The translations under genes and the position numbers were made by a program. A stretch of 64,000 nucleotides of DNA, from assembly GCF_004010195.1 (NCBI RefSeq), contig NC_057752.1, positions 3,040,222 to 3,104,221 on the forward strand, in the 5' to 3' direction. The stretch is from Chiloscyllium plagiosum (taxonomy: Eukaryota). A model generated the notes under the pieces. It saw only the letters and a program-made list of their open reading frames with translations, was not told the DNA's origin and ran no database searches. This document shows, in pieces, positions 23,990-36,847 of the stretch (position 1 is its first letter; the number at the start of each line of letters is the position of its first letter).

Positions 23990-25410
23990 AAATTAGGAGA
24001 AAGTCATTCAGCCCCATCTAATGGCTGTTCCGTACCACAACTCCATTTACTCGCCAGGGCTCCACATTTCCTGCTCCCCATACCCAGTAAAATTCTATCA
24101 ATCAATCTTAGTCTTTGTAGCTTTAAATGACCAGTAGCTTTTTGGGGAGGTAGCGGGTGGGGCTAGGGATCGAGATTTCAGCTCCCCTCTTTGTGAAGAA
24201 GTGCCTCCTGACATCACCCCTGAACAGCCTCGCTCTCCGTTTAAAATTTCACCTCTTCGTTTTGGAATCTTGCAATCCTCTCAAATCTCTTTGTCATCTT
24301 ACAGCCTCACGATTCAGAAGGGGAGAAAGTTGTGGTTTAGAAAAAAAAACACACCCCATAAATACTGTACTGCTCTAAAGTAACAAAGGATTACAAGTAT
24401 CAAAGTGAGGATAAGGGGACTGAAGATTGTGCACCATGCTCACATAATCTAACCCTTTCAAGCCCTGATATCGCTCCGGTGAATTGGTACCACACCCCTT
24501 CCAAAGGGCTAAATCTCCTTCCTGAGATGCCGAACTGAATACAGTTTTCCAGATAAGGTCAGGCTCCAAGACTCGAGAAACACAATTTCTTCCCCCTTTG
24601 TGTTCAAGTCCAGTTGAGCTAAAGGCCAACAGTCTCTGGGCTTCTTTTAGCAACTGTTCACGATTGCCAGATTATCTTATGGAAATGGACACTGAAATCC
24701 CTCAGCTCCTCCATAATTCCTGGATTCTCATATTAAGAAAGTGTTCTGAATTTATATTTCTCAGATCCAAAATGGACGCCTCATATTTCCCTAGGAGAAA
24801 GTGAGGACTGCAGATGCTGGAGAGTCAGAGTCGAGAGTGTGGTGCTGGAAAAGCACAGCAGGTCAGGCAGCATCTGAGGAGCAGGACAGTTGACATTCCG
24901 GGCATAAGCTCTTCATCAGGAATGAAGAGTTTGTTCCCGAACCGTTGACTCTCCTGCTGCTGGGATGCTGCCCGGCCTGCTGTGCTTTTCCAGGAACACA
25001 CTTTTCGCCTCATATTTCCCTCCCCATTAAGCTCACAATTTTGCCCACTCTCCTAATCTGTTCATAAGGCTCTTCGTGATGCAATGCAATACTGTCCCTT
25101 TTCCCTGTGCCAGATGGTCCAAGTTCAAGTTCTAACTTTCCCACACCTGTGGCTGAACAAGTTGATTAAAATAACTATGTAGTCTGTACATGTCCCTTTG
25201 TAACCTCCTGCTCACACCTATCTACACAACATACTGTCCCTGCTAACTTGGTGTCATTTGTAAACTTGAATGCGCCACTCTGCAGTCCTTCAACAAAGTC
25301 ATTGCCTTCGGAGAGGAGAACTGCTAAGAGCCCAACACTGATACCTGGGAAACACCACCACTCACATCTCGTCAATCAGGACCCAGTGTCCTTTATCCTC
25401 ACTTTGACAC
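23990..25410 (-). mobile_element. Old CR1 copy interrupted by insertions
   Basis: FKFTNDTKL on minus strand near 25250; decayed ORF2 3' end and UTR toward 23990. Confidence 0.7.
24793..25005. mobile_element. Penelope-derived palindromic element (family B) with 16-bp TSD
   Basis: cgcctcatatttccct at 24777-24792 and 25006-25021; inverted arms. Confidence 0.88.
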
Positions 25411-25867
25411 TTTTCTTGTAACCCTTTGTTACTTTAGAGCAGTACAATACTTATTTAAGTGAGACTTTTTTTTTAAAAGCACAACTTTCCCCCTTTCTGA
25501 GGTTGAGAGTTGGCTCTCTAAATAACATTTCCCTTGCTGAGCGAGTGGCTTTTTTTTTCATGTGTGAGACTGAGAGGGTTTTGGAATATGGGGAGCTTAG
25601 CCACTTGAACCAGCAGGAATCACAGCGAATGCTGGAGTTATACCACGAGTTTGTCCAGCTCAGTCATCATACACAACATAGCTATTGAACAATGGCAATC
25701 ATGTAACAGAGAACTCTGATCGCTCAAGAAATGTTCTATTGACCATGGTCAATCCTCTCTTGTTTCTTTGCTGTTCATGCCTCCAATTCTCACTGCTTTC
25801 TCCTTCTAGGGACACTACTTTGCATAATTCGGCCAAAATGACTGCATTATTTGTCCATACAAAATTT

Positions 25868-26004
25868 GCAAGAAATGCAGAGGCTGTAAATCAGGGACAA
25901 AAATAGAAATTGCTGGAAAAGCTCAGCAGGTCTGGAAGCATCTGTGCATTCTCTCAGCAGATGCTGCCAGACCTGCTGAGCTTTTCCGGCAATTTCTATT
26001 TTTG
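25868..26004. mobile_element. Penelope-derived hairpin (family C)
   Basis: 47-bp arms (25898-25944 / 25958-26004), 45/47 complementary, 13-nt loop. Confidence 0.85.
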
Positions 26005-26120
26005 GCAAAATGCTGTTTACACATTTGGAAACTCGTGTAGATTTCTTCTATATTTTCTTAAACCTTCAGTTTCACATGTTTGCCAACATCAAGCAATTTC
26101 TGCAACTGCCATCCATATCT

Positions 26121-26440
26121 TTATTCAGATTCCCTCCAGTGTAGAAACAGGCCATTTGGCCCAACAAGTTCACACTGATCCTCCAAAGAGTAACCCACCC
26201 AGACCCATTCCCGATATTTACCCCTGACTAATGCACCTAACCTGCACATCCCTAAACACTATGGGCAATTTAGCACGGCCAATCCACCCTAACCTGCACA
26301 TCAGGAGGAAACAGGAGCACCCGGAGCAAATCCACAGATACGGGGAGAATGTGCAAACTCCACACAGACAGTCGCCTGAGGCTGGAATCGAACCCGGGTC
26401 CCTGGTGCTGTGAGGCAGCAGTGCTATTTACTGAGCCACC
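26121..26440 (-). mobile_element. HE1-type V-SINE
   Basis: Head, V-domain, tail. Confidence 0.9.
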
Positions 26441-26737
26441 AGGCTTAGCACATAAGGCCTGGTTGAATAGGCTGTCTTCCTAACCTGTTCCATAACACGC
26501 CTGGATACACTCATCATGATTGAGTCTTTTAACATTGAGCTAATCTTCATCAGTGTGCCTTCCCATTACATTGAAATATGTGTGTACACAGACATATAAA
26601 AGAATCAGGGTATCAAAAAAAGGATAAGGCCTGACCTTTGTTCCATATATTGCCTGGGCTTAAAAGATTTCCAGGTTATCAGCCTAATTTCACCTCTTCC
26701 ACATGCAGAAAATGAGTAAGGTCATATTTGCATCTTA

Positions 26738-27023
26738 GAGTAGACTTCCTACAGTGTGGAAACAGGCCATTTGGCCCAACAAGTCCACACCGATCCTCTG
26801 AAGAATATTCCATCCAGACATTTTCCCCATGACTAATGCACCTAAGCTGCACATTCCTGAACGCTATTGGCAATTTAGCTTAGCCACATCTTTGAATAGT
26901 GGGGGGACACCCCCACAGACAACAGGAAGAATGTGCAAACTCCACACAGACAGTTACCCAAGGCTGGAATCGAACCCCGGTCCCGTGAGGCAGCAGTGCT
27001 AACAACTGAGCCACCAAACCACC
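26738..27023 (-). mobile_element. HE1-type V-SINE
   Basis: Diverged copy. Confidence 0.85.
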
Positions 27024-28619
27024 TTGTGAACAAGCAGAACAAGCACACTTTGCTATCTGGCTTTTGACTATATAGTTACCAATAGAGCCAGGTATTTGTT
27101 ATTGAACAAATCAAGTTTCCAAAAGTATACTGGATCCTACAAGCCCAAAGATTCCCAGCAGCACAAGGCCCCAACTCGCATGATTGGATGATTCAGCCAA
27201 TGGATGAACTCAGAGGCAAAAAGAAATGGCTTACACAAAACCAACTGATAAATGGGAAACAGCCCATAGAATCATGGAATTATACACTCCAGAAGAGGCC
27301 CTTCAGCCCATCAGGTCCGTACCTGCAAGTGGTTAAAATGCCCACATTCCAAAACCCTCATAGTCTCACGCATGAAAAAAATGACCACTCGCTCAGTGAA
27401 TCACGGGAAAAATACTGTCTGAGGAGCCATGGCTCAAGTTTCAGAAGGAGAGAACGTGGTGGTCGAAACAACAAACAGCCTTAGTTGAACATAAAAATAA
27501 AGACTGTAGCCAACATGTGGTGTAAGTGGGCAGTACTAACTCAGCCAGCAAACCAGAAATCTGGTCGATCTATGGAAACCGTCATCTGGGGTTTTCAGTG
27601 CCACAATCACATCTCATTCAGTCATACACAGCAGGAATTAGTACAAGCACACGCCCACAGTACTTCTAACACTTCTGGCACTGGTGGGATTTGGCCAGAA
27701 GCCAGGCCTCAAAGTGAATGCATGTCTTCCTACATTAATCTGTGAAGCAAAGACTTACAGCTAGGAAAGCCACAAATTTGCATCTATTAGAATTTTCAGA
27801 ACTGATGGGGAAGATTTAGTAGCACAGTCAGTAAAACATGACCCTCCCCCCCCCCCCCCCTTGGCAGTTCTGGGCCTTGCAATGAATCTTGATTTCATTC
27901 CTGAATAACAGAGTTTTCCTCTCCCTCACTGCTGAAGGGTTCCAACCCAAAATGCACTTCCAACTTGGTTGCAAATGAGGGGGAATAACTGGGGAAAACA
28001 AAAATGTGTCACCACAGGGCTTGCTGCTCTGAGAAATGGAATGAGAGCGCTGGTGCAGCTGATGGATAATTCTCCTGGAGTTTTTAGCACACAGTCTGTG
28101 TCTGGCTCGACGGGCGAGATCCTCACACTGAGCACGCACAAGGTGGAAGAAGGTCACACTTGCAGAACTTGCATCCTCCACTCTTCCAGAAATTATGTAA
28201 TGGATAGAGGGTCGTTCAGCCCATTGAATCAGTGCTGGTCCTCTGAAGGAACAATTCACCCGAGTGCCAATTCCCTGTCGCCCTGCACATTTTCCCTCAG
28301 CTATTCAATTTCCTTTTGAAAGTGTGAATTGACTCTGCCTTCACCATGGTCTCAGGCACCCCACTGCAGATCCTAACCACTCACTGGGAGAAGAAGAAGA
28401 ATTTCCCTCATGTTGCTATTGTTCCTTTAACCAAGAGATTGACAAGTCAGGGCAAACTTATATCTTAGGTTTCTGAAGGCAGCTGGCTGTGGTTTGGAAT
28501 TAATTTGAGGGGGTCGTGTTAAGACTAAGCTAAGCAATGAAAAGCCTTATTGGGAACAGTGTATGCAGCTGATTCCTGGGATGGTGTTACCTCCCAAGGA
28601 AGCATTGACTTATGTTACC

Positions 28620-28839
28620 TGCTCCTCATCGCCCTTGAACTGAGTGGCTTGTTTGTCCATTTCAGAGCGCAGTTAAGAGTCAACCACATTGCTGTGGGTC
28701 TAGAGCCACGTGTAGACCAGACCGGACAAGAACATTTCCGTCCCTCAAAGATATTAGTGAACCAGATGGGGTTTTAACAATGGTGGGTGACAGATGTCTA
28801 GGTCACTGAGATTTGCTTTCAATTCTGGATTTATTCATT
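28620..28839 (-). mobile_element. tRNA-head SINE (family B derivative), continues ~29462-29565 after LTR
   Basis: gcccttgaactgagtggctt..cacattgctgtgggtct; head aatttccaccagctgc after the LTR. Confidence 0.7.
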
Positions 28840-29461
28840 TGCGATGATGCTGTGGCTTTAAGAGGTGTGTTTTGCCCTGGTGTCTTTTCGAGAGAGACTG
28901 GGGACAGGTATTGAGCAGGTCTATGAGAAGGTAAGCAACCTGTGAATTCTTGGGTTTTTAAAAAATTGTTGGTAAAATAGAAGCAGCTTGAGTGGGTGTC
29001 GTCAAGCTATCACCCACAGAACCAAGGATTTTAGGTGTAGCTTTTATCAGTCGTTGTTGGGGTCTTGAAGAAGTGGAAGCTATTTTTCCCCTCTCTCAAT
29101 TACAGCCAAAAGCTGGGAGGTTCTCTCCCTGGGCTGCTGGATTCTGTGTGAGTCAAAATCTGTTTCTCTGAATTTGCCTTTTGCTGAGGGTATTTGTGGG
29201 ATATTACTATATTGGAACAGTCAATTAGTAACAGTTACTGCATCTATTATTTTGTTAAGTTTTCCAACAGAGTTAATTTCTTCCAAGTTCTTCTTTCTTT
29301 TGTTGTATTTTAAATATAATGTTTGAATAGATTGTTAATGTTGAATAGTTTGAACAGGCGCATTGTATCTGGAATACATCACTTTACATTTACCTCGAAA
29401 ATAAGAAAAAGTTTGGGTCCTTCTTATTATATTTTGAGGGGGTCTGGTTTGGTCCATAACA
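28840..29461 (+). mobile_element. Solo LTR (probably Gypsy-type)
   Basis: TG...CA termini, ~620 bp, interrupts a SINE; ends resemble 40626-41278. Confidence 0.65.
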
Positions 29462-29606
29462 AACTGAATTTAATTTCCACCAGCTGCAGAACTCATATCA
29501 CCAGATCATCACCTGGGCCTCTGGATCATTAGTTGAGAGATGTTACTACCACACCACCATCTCCTCAAAATCGTAAGTTTCCATTTAAGGTCCTGAGGGG
29601 ACATGA

Positions 29607-29905
29607 CATGATTAGATTAGATTCCCTACAGTGTGGAAACAAGCCCTTCAGCCCAACCAGTCCACACCGACCCTCCGAAGAGTAACCCACCCAGACCCAT
29701 TTCCCTCTGACTAATACACCTAACACTATGGGCAATTTCAGCATGGCCAATTCACCTGGCCTACAAATCTTTGAAGTGTGGGAGGAAACCCACGCAGACA
29801 CAGGGAGAATGTGCAAACTCCACACAGTCGCCCAAGGCTGGGATCAAACCTGGGTCCCTGGTGCTGTGAGGCAGCAGTGCTAACCAGTGAGCCATCGTGC
29901 CACCC
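29607..29905 (-). mobile_element. HE1-type V-SINE
   Basis: Head, V-domain, attag tail. Confidence 0.9.
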
Positions 29906-29914
29906 CAGTGTATG

Positions 29915-30200
29915 CTGTTTCACCTATGGGTGCACATTTAAGGGGCTCACCTATTTAAGACAGAGATGACAAGGCATTTCTTCCCACAGTTGTCATTAGT
30001 CTTTGGGATTCTCCATCCTGGAGCACAGCAGAGATAGGATGAACTGGACAGATTGTTGATTAGCAAACGGGCTGAGGGTTATGGAGGTATCCAAGCAAGT
30101 GGAGTTAAGGTTAACAACTAGAGCAGCATGATCTTATTCAATGGCGAAGGAGGCTTTGAGGGGCTGAATGACCTATTGCTGGTAATTCATATGTTCTTCT
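29915..30200 (+). mobile_element. Old CR1 3' fragment
   Basis: atttaagacagagatga..ctttgggattct..catgatcttattcaatggcg. Confidence 0.65.
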
Positions 30201-30789
30201 GGACGGGTGAATCAAATCTTAACAGGTCGGCGATTTCCAATTAATGTCCCCATTCAGCCAATGATAGCAGAACGGAATGCAATCTGGGAAGGAAGGGATC
30301 AGATACTGCAGATCCCTCAATTATTGGATTGGAGGGGGTTGGGAACCGATGGCGGTGATTTTAATGACCAGAAGGGAAAAAAAAAGCAAGTTTGGTGGGC
30401 TGAGGGAAGCCCTCCTACTTTTCCTGATCCACAAGCAGTTCCCGAATTGTCTTTGCCACAGAGCAGTCCCTCACCTCCATCTAGCTGCCCCATTTCATTG
30501 CTGTTCAAATAATGAGATGGCCAACATGCATTTCTGTGAGTTCGCCTGCCACATCCCAGTTCCATTCAAACTGGCAAGTGGATAGCAAGTGTACTCTGTG
30601 GTGGAAATAACCCCTCTTGAGTATCAGCCTGCCACCTGTTTGTCACCAACTGAATAACTGCTGACTTACACTGTTCTGACACTCCTTCATTTGCAGTCGG
30701 ATGAGCAGGGATTATGGACTTATTCCAAAAAAGCTTGGCGTTAAAGGGCTGGGCATTAGCTGGTCGAAGGATGTGAGTGGACCTTGCAC

Positions 30790-31289
30790 NNNNNNNNNNN
30801 NNNNNNNNNNNNNNNNNNNNNNNNNNNNNNNNNNNNNNNNNNNNNNNNNNNNNNNNNNNNNNNNNNNNNNNNNNNNNNNNNNNNNNNNNNNNNNNNNNNN
30901 NNNNNNNNNNNNNNNNNNNNNNNNNNNNNNNNNNNNNNNNNNNNNNNNNNNNNNNNNNNNNNNNNNNNNNNNNNNNNNNNNNNNNNNNNNNNNNNNNNNN
31001 NNNNNNNNNNNNNNNNNNNNNNNNNNNNNNNNNNNNNNNNNNNNNNNNNNNNNNNNNNNNNNNNNNNNNNNNNNNNNNNNNNNNNNNNNNNNNNNNNNNN
31101 NNNNNNNNNNNNNNNNNNNNNNNNNNNNNNNNNNNNNNNNNNNNNNNNNNNNNNNNNNNNNNNNNNNNNNNNNNNNNNNNNNNNNNNNNNNNNNNNNNNN
31201 NNNNNNNNNNNNNNNNNNNNNNNNNNNNNNNNNNNNNNNNNNNNNNNNNNNNNNNNNNNNNNNNNNNNNNNNNNNNNNNNNNNNNNNNN
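30790..31289. other. Assembly gap (500 N)
   Basis: Run of 500 n. Confidence 1.
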
Positions 31290-31399
31290 AGAGAACACCT
31301 ACAATCAAGATGCTACTTATATGGTTTTAACAATTCAACATATCAAAAGGCTGGGCGTGGTGAGTTGGGTGTGTGCGGTTAAACTCTCAAAATTAGAGC

Positions 31400-31660
31400 C
31401 AAGTCATTCCGGGGTGATGACCAGGAAGTAGTTCCTCTCAGTAGGTCATGGAAATCTGGAGATACACACTGCCCCCAAGTAAAGCTGTTGGTGCTGGGGA
31501 CCGGTTGAAAATGTCAAAGTTGTAATCGATTTTTCCCGAGAGAAGGCTTTTAAGACGGCTACAGAGGCAAGGCATCTCAATGGGGTCAAGATATAGAACA
31601 GCCATGATCAAATGGAATGAAGGAACTGGAATGGTAGGTGGGAGGGCCTCCTTAGTTCTT
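31400..31660 (+). mobile_element. Old CR1 3' fragment
   Basis: ttcctctcagtaggtcatggaaatctgg; cagccatgatc. Confidence 0.55.
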
Positions 31661-31920
31661 GAAAAAAGTATACTGTCTTCATAAAAATACCTTTATGTAC
31701 ATACACAATTACTGAGACAGTGCTGTACAGCCTTTGCAAATGAAGAACAAACAAACGTTGGAATTTGATATTCCCTGCTGTTGCAAAACAAAACACCCCA
31801 AAGCATTTCTTACTTAGACAGAACTATATTCACATACACTTCAGGCAGCAAGTGGGGGTCCATTCAGTTATCAGGCCCTTTATACTTTGGCATAAAGACC
31901 TTAAACAGTGGTCATTCCAA

Positions 31921-32230
31921 CTTTTTTTTATTTATTGCAAAAATATACTTTATTGGTAGAAAGAAACCTTTACTACCTGTACAGTTAATGGAGGCATTCA
32001 TATCTATACTCTCTTTACTTAGAGAATAAATTAAGTCTTTGACGTTCACCACTCTCTATATTTACAGTCAATGTCTTGGCATTTAGCTGAAGGATCAGCA
32101 GGGCCCAATTATTGAATGGACCCCTGTTACTCTTTAGCAGAAAGACTTTACATAGTGGTCTTTCCCCACCACACCTTAGCAGCAGCTGCCCCAAGCTTCA
32201 GCACATAGTCCTGGACCTTGGAACATACAG
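31921..32230 (-). mobile_element. Tx1/L1-clade LINE 3' end
   Basis: Minus strand SKVQDYVLKLGAAAAKVWWGKTTM*, then UTR with aataaa and A-rich tail. Confidence 0.75.
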
Positions 32231-32559
32231 TGGCCTTTCCAACACTCCCGCTAACCTCAACTACTCATACAGGCAACTCCAGGTTAAGGGGAGTCAGCAG
32301 TGAGTCCCTGTATTGCAACTGCCTTCAGGTAAAGGTGCAACAACTGACAGGTTTTACTGGCAGACTTGTGGATGGCACTGATGGCCTGCTTGGCAGACAT
32401 AACCCTGGATCTTGGGACCGTTTGCGGTGCGCCTTCCCAGGGTCTATCAAGATGAAGTAACCAAGCTCAGAGCTGTACCATGGCAACAATATATAAATGA
32501 ATAAGGATTACTTGCAGAACTGCCCAGCCCCATGCGTGCACTAGCTGTGGTGTTTCTTA

Positions 32560-34287
32560 CAAGGTAGACACACAGGAGGCTGGAAGAACACAGCAAGCTA
32601 GACAGCATCAGGAGGTGGAGAAGTCGACATTTCAGGTGTAACTCTTCTTGCCCTTGGGATCTGGGGCCTTAACAGATATCTTTGCAGTACCCTTGAACAT
32701 GGGTGAGGTGCTGGAGGACTGGAGAATTGTTAATGTTGTCGCCTTGTTTAAGAAGGGTAACAATAAGGTGGGATAATCCAGGTAATTATACACCGGTGAG
32801 CCTGACATCAGTGGTAGGGAAGTTGCTGGAGAAGATACTGAGGGATAAGATCCATTCCCATTTGGAAGAAAATGGGCCTATCAGTGGTTTTGTAGGGAAG
32901 GTCATGCCTTACCAACTTAATAGAACTCTTTGAGGAAGTGACAAAGTTGATTGATGAGGGAAAGGCTGTAGATGTCATACACATGAATTTTAGTAAGGCG
33001 TTTGACAAGGTTCCCCATGGTAAGCTGATAGAGAAAGTGAAGTCGCATGGGGTCCAGGGTGTTCTAGCGAGATGGATAGAGAACTGGCTGGGAAACAGGA
33101 CACAGAGAGGAGTAGTGGAAGGAAGTTTCTCAAAATGGAGAACTATGACCAGTGGTGTTCCACAGGGATCCGTGCTGGGACCACTGTTGTTTGGGATATC
33201 ATAGATGATTTGGAGGAAGGTATAGGTGGTCTGATTAGCAAGTTTGCCAATGACATTAAGATTAGTGGAGTAGCAGATAGTGAAGGGTACTGTTAGAGAA
33301 TACAGCAGAATATAGATAGATTGGAGAGTTGGGTAGAGAAATGACAGATGGAATTCAATTCTGGCAAATGAAAGATAATGCATTTTGGAAAATCCAATTC
33401 AAGAGTGAACTATACAGTAAATGGAAAAGTCCTAGGGAAAATTGATATACAGAGAGATCTGGGTGTTCAGGTCCATCATACCCTGAAGGTGGCAACACAG
33501 GTCAATAGAGTGGTCAAGAAGGCATACGGCATGCTTTCCTTCATCGAACGGTGTATTGAGTACAAGAATTGGCAGGTCATGTTAAAGTTGTATAGAACTT
33601 TGGTTCGGCCACATTTAGAATACTGCGTACAGTTCTGGTCACCACATTACCAAAAGGATGTGGATGCTTTGGAGAGGGTGCAGAGGTGGTTCACCAGGAT
33701 GTTGCCTGGTATGGAGGGCACTAGCTATGAGGAGAGGTTGAGTAGATTCGGATTATTTTCATTAGAAAGACGGAGGTTGAGGGGGGACCTGATTGTGGCC
33801 TTCAAAGTCATGAAAGGTTGAGACCGGGTGGATAGCAAGAAGCTTTTTCCCAGAGTGGGGGATTCAGTTACTAGGGGTCATGAGTTCAAGGTGACAGGGG
33901 AAAAGTCTAAGGGATATATGCATGGAACGTTCTTTACGCAGAGGGTAGTGGGTACCTGGAACACGATGCCAGCAGAGGTGGGCACGATAGCATCATTTAA
34001 GACGTACCTAGACAGATACATGAATGGGCAGGGAGCAGAGGGATACAGATCCTTAGAATATAGGCAACAGATTTAGCTAGAGGATCTGGATCAGCGCAGG
34101 CTTGGAGGGCCGAAGGGCCTGTTCCTGTGCTGTAATTTTCTTTCTTCTTTGTACTTCAGGACTGAAGAAGGGTAACACCTGAAACATCGACTTGTCTACC
34201 TCCTGATGCTGCCTGGCTTGCTGTGTTCTTCTGGCCTCCTGCTTGTCTACCTTGGATTCCAGTATCTGCAGTTTTTTTGTCCCTAAC
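32560..34287. mobile_element. Penelope-derived palindrome (family D) split at its centre by CR1
   Basis: Arms 32560-32650 and ~34154-34255; ctgaaga-agggtaacacct-gaaac 34162-34185; gtgtttctta on both flanks. Confidence 0.8.
32651..34152 (+). mobile_element. CR1 LINE, 5'-truncated, 1.5 kb
   Basis: PGNYTPVSLTS; NFSKAFDKVPH; GVPQGSVLGP; LEYCVQFWSPH; 3' UTR; stops and frameshifts. Confidence 0.95.
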
Positions 34288-34304
34288 CGTGTTTCTTATA
34301 TGAC

Positions 34305-35625
34305 AGTGGATGATCCATCTCAGCCTCCTCCAGTGGTCCCCAGAATCACAGATACCAGTCTTTAGCCAATTCGATTCACTCCATGTGATATTAACAAATG
34401 GTTGGAGATACTGGATACTGCAAAGGCTGTGAGCCCTGAAAGAATTCCAACAATAGTACTGAAGACTTGTGCTTCAGACCTTGCCGCTCCCCTAGCCAAG
34501 CTGTTCCAGTACAGTTACAACACTGGCATCTACCCGACAATGGGGAAAATTGCCCAGGTTTGTCCTGTACACACAAAGCAGGACAAACCCAACCTGATCA
34601 ATTACCACCGCATCAGTCTACTCTCGATCATCAGTAAAGTGCTGGAAGGTGTCACCCACAGTGCTATCAAGCAGCACCTGCTCAGCAATAACCTGCTCAG
34701 TGACACCCAGTTTGGGTTCCACCAGGGTCACTCAGCTCCTGACCTCATTACAGCCTTGGTTCAAACATGGACAAAAGAGCTGAATTCCAGAGGGGAGGGG
34801 AGAGGGACAGCCCTTGACACCAAGACCGCATTCAACTGAGTGTGGCATCAAGGAGCCCCAGCAAAACTGGAATTAATGGAATCGGGGGACAAACTCCCCA
34901 CTGGTTGGAGTCCTACCTGACACATAGGAGGATGGTTGTGGTTGTTGGAAGACAGTCATCTCAGCTCCAGGACATCTCTGCAGGAGTTCCTCAGGGTAGT
35001 GTCCTAGGCCCAACCATCTTCAGCTGCTTCATCAATGACCTTCCCTCCATCATAAGGTCAGAAATAGGGATGTTCACCAATGATTGTACAGTGATCAGAA
35101 ACTTAACTGGACTTGCCACATAAACATAGTGGCTACAAGAGCAGGTCAGACGTTGGGAATACGGCGGTGAGTAACTCACCTTCTGAATCCACCCCCCACC
35201 CCCCAAAGCATGTTCACCATCTACAAGGCCCAAGTCAGGAGTGTGATGGAATACTCCTCACTTGCCTGGATGGGGGCAGCTCCAACAAGACTCAAGAAGC
35301 TCAACAACTTCCAGGACAAAGCAGCTCCCGCTTGATTGGGACCACATTCACAAGCACCCCCTCCCTCCATCACCAACACTCAGTAGCAGCAGTGTGCACT
35401 ATCTACAAGATGCACTGCAGGAATTGACAGAAGATTTTCAGAGAGCACCTTCCAAACCTACAATCACTTCCATCTAGAAGGACAAGGGCAGCAGATACAT
35501 GGGAACACCACCCCCTGCAAGTTTCCCTCCAAGCCACTCTCCATCCTGACTTGGAAATATATCGCTGTTCCTTCAGTTTCATTGGGTTGAAATCCTGGAA
35601 TTCCCTCCCTAAGGGAGTTGTGGAT
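34305..35625 (+). mobile_element. LINE family B RT region
   Basis: NYHRISLLSIISKVLE; QFGFHQGHS; GVPQGSVLGPTIFSCFINDL. Confidence 0.9.
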
Positions 35626-35777
35626 GAATTCAATCAGAGGCTGTTGTCTTAGTAACAAGGTGTGATTTGCCTATGTCGAAATGAGGAGGCCATTCTATCT
35701 CCATAATCTTCCTGTTTGGAAACTCCAAACTTTCCTCAGCCATGTTTTTAGGCCACCTTCAGCCATCCACCCTGCAT

Positions 35778-36115
35778 TTAGAATCCCCACAGTGTGGAAA
35801 CAGGCCATGTAGCCCAATTAGTCACACAGACCCTCTGAAGAGTAACCCACCCAGACCCATTCCCCTATCACTTTGCATTTACCCCTGACTAATGCACTTA
35901 ACCTACACATCCCTGAACACTACAGGCAATTTAGCATGGCCAATTCACCTGACCTGCACATCTTTGGACTATGGGAAGAAACCGGAGCACCCAGAGGAAA
36001 CCTCCGCAGACATGGGGAAAACGTGCAAAATCCACATAGACAGTCGCCCGAGGTTGGAATTGAACCTGGGTCCCTGGTGCTGTGAGGCAGCAGTGCTAAC
36101 CACTGAGCCACCGTG
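35778..36115 (-). mobile_element. HE1-type V-SINE
   Basis: Full length. Confidence 0.9.
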
Positions 36116-36480
36116 TATCGTGAATGTCAATATTAGCAGCTTCGGGGAATTGTGGGTGTGGGATAGTTTTTCTCTTCCTCTGTCGGACACACAGAGCAAC
36201 ATAACTGTGACCCCAGTCTGTTGCCATCACGAACACTGCTTCCACTGCAATGTTGCTCGCCACGTCAACATTGGCTGGTGCCACGTCAAAATTCGTGGGT
36301 GCCTCTTCCACATTCCCAGTGCAATGTGGAGCTGTTCTTTTGTTGATGCTCCATTGTAACCCACGGTTACAAAACTCAGAAACCTGAAATGCAGTTTGTG
36401 GATGGCTTTGAGGCCCACAATGCTTCATTTTCTTGATTCAGGGCGGAGGTTCCGATGGTTTCCTGAGAACTGATGGTTCA

Positions 36481-36792
36481 TGGGCGGCTCAGTGGTTAGC
36501 ACTGCTGCTGCACGGCACCAGAGACCCAGGTTTGATTCCAGCCTCAGGTGACTGCGGAGTTTGCACATTCTCCTCGCGTCTGCATGGGTTTCCTCTGGGT
36601 GCTCCGGTTTCCTCCCATAGTCCAAAGGTGTACAGGTCAGGTGGATTGGCCATGCTAAATTGACCAGGGATGTGCAGGCTAGGTGGATTAGCCATGGGAA
36701 TTACAGGATAAGGTATGGGTGGGATACTCTTCCTGGGGTCAGTGTGGACTTGATGGGATGAATGGCCTGCATCCACACTGTATTGATTGTTT
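36481..36792 (+). mobile_element. HE1-type V-SINE
   Basis: Head and V-domain. Confidence 0.88.
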
Positions 36793-36847
36793 GATTCAGG
36801 CAAATTTCATTGACGTCCTTTCCAATTTGGTCTTTGAATGGAGGCTA

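Noticed and set aside
30220..30560. Possible ancient DNA-transposon or MITE remnant (also ~3270-3560, ~56540-56720)
   Set aside because: Too degraded to define termini by eye
30701..31431. 180-215 aa ORFs
   Set aside because: Artefacts of the N gap
36096..36428. 110-aa minus ORF with acceptor-like tttcag
   Set aside because: No recognisable protein, runs into a SINE, no donor identified
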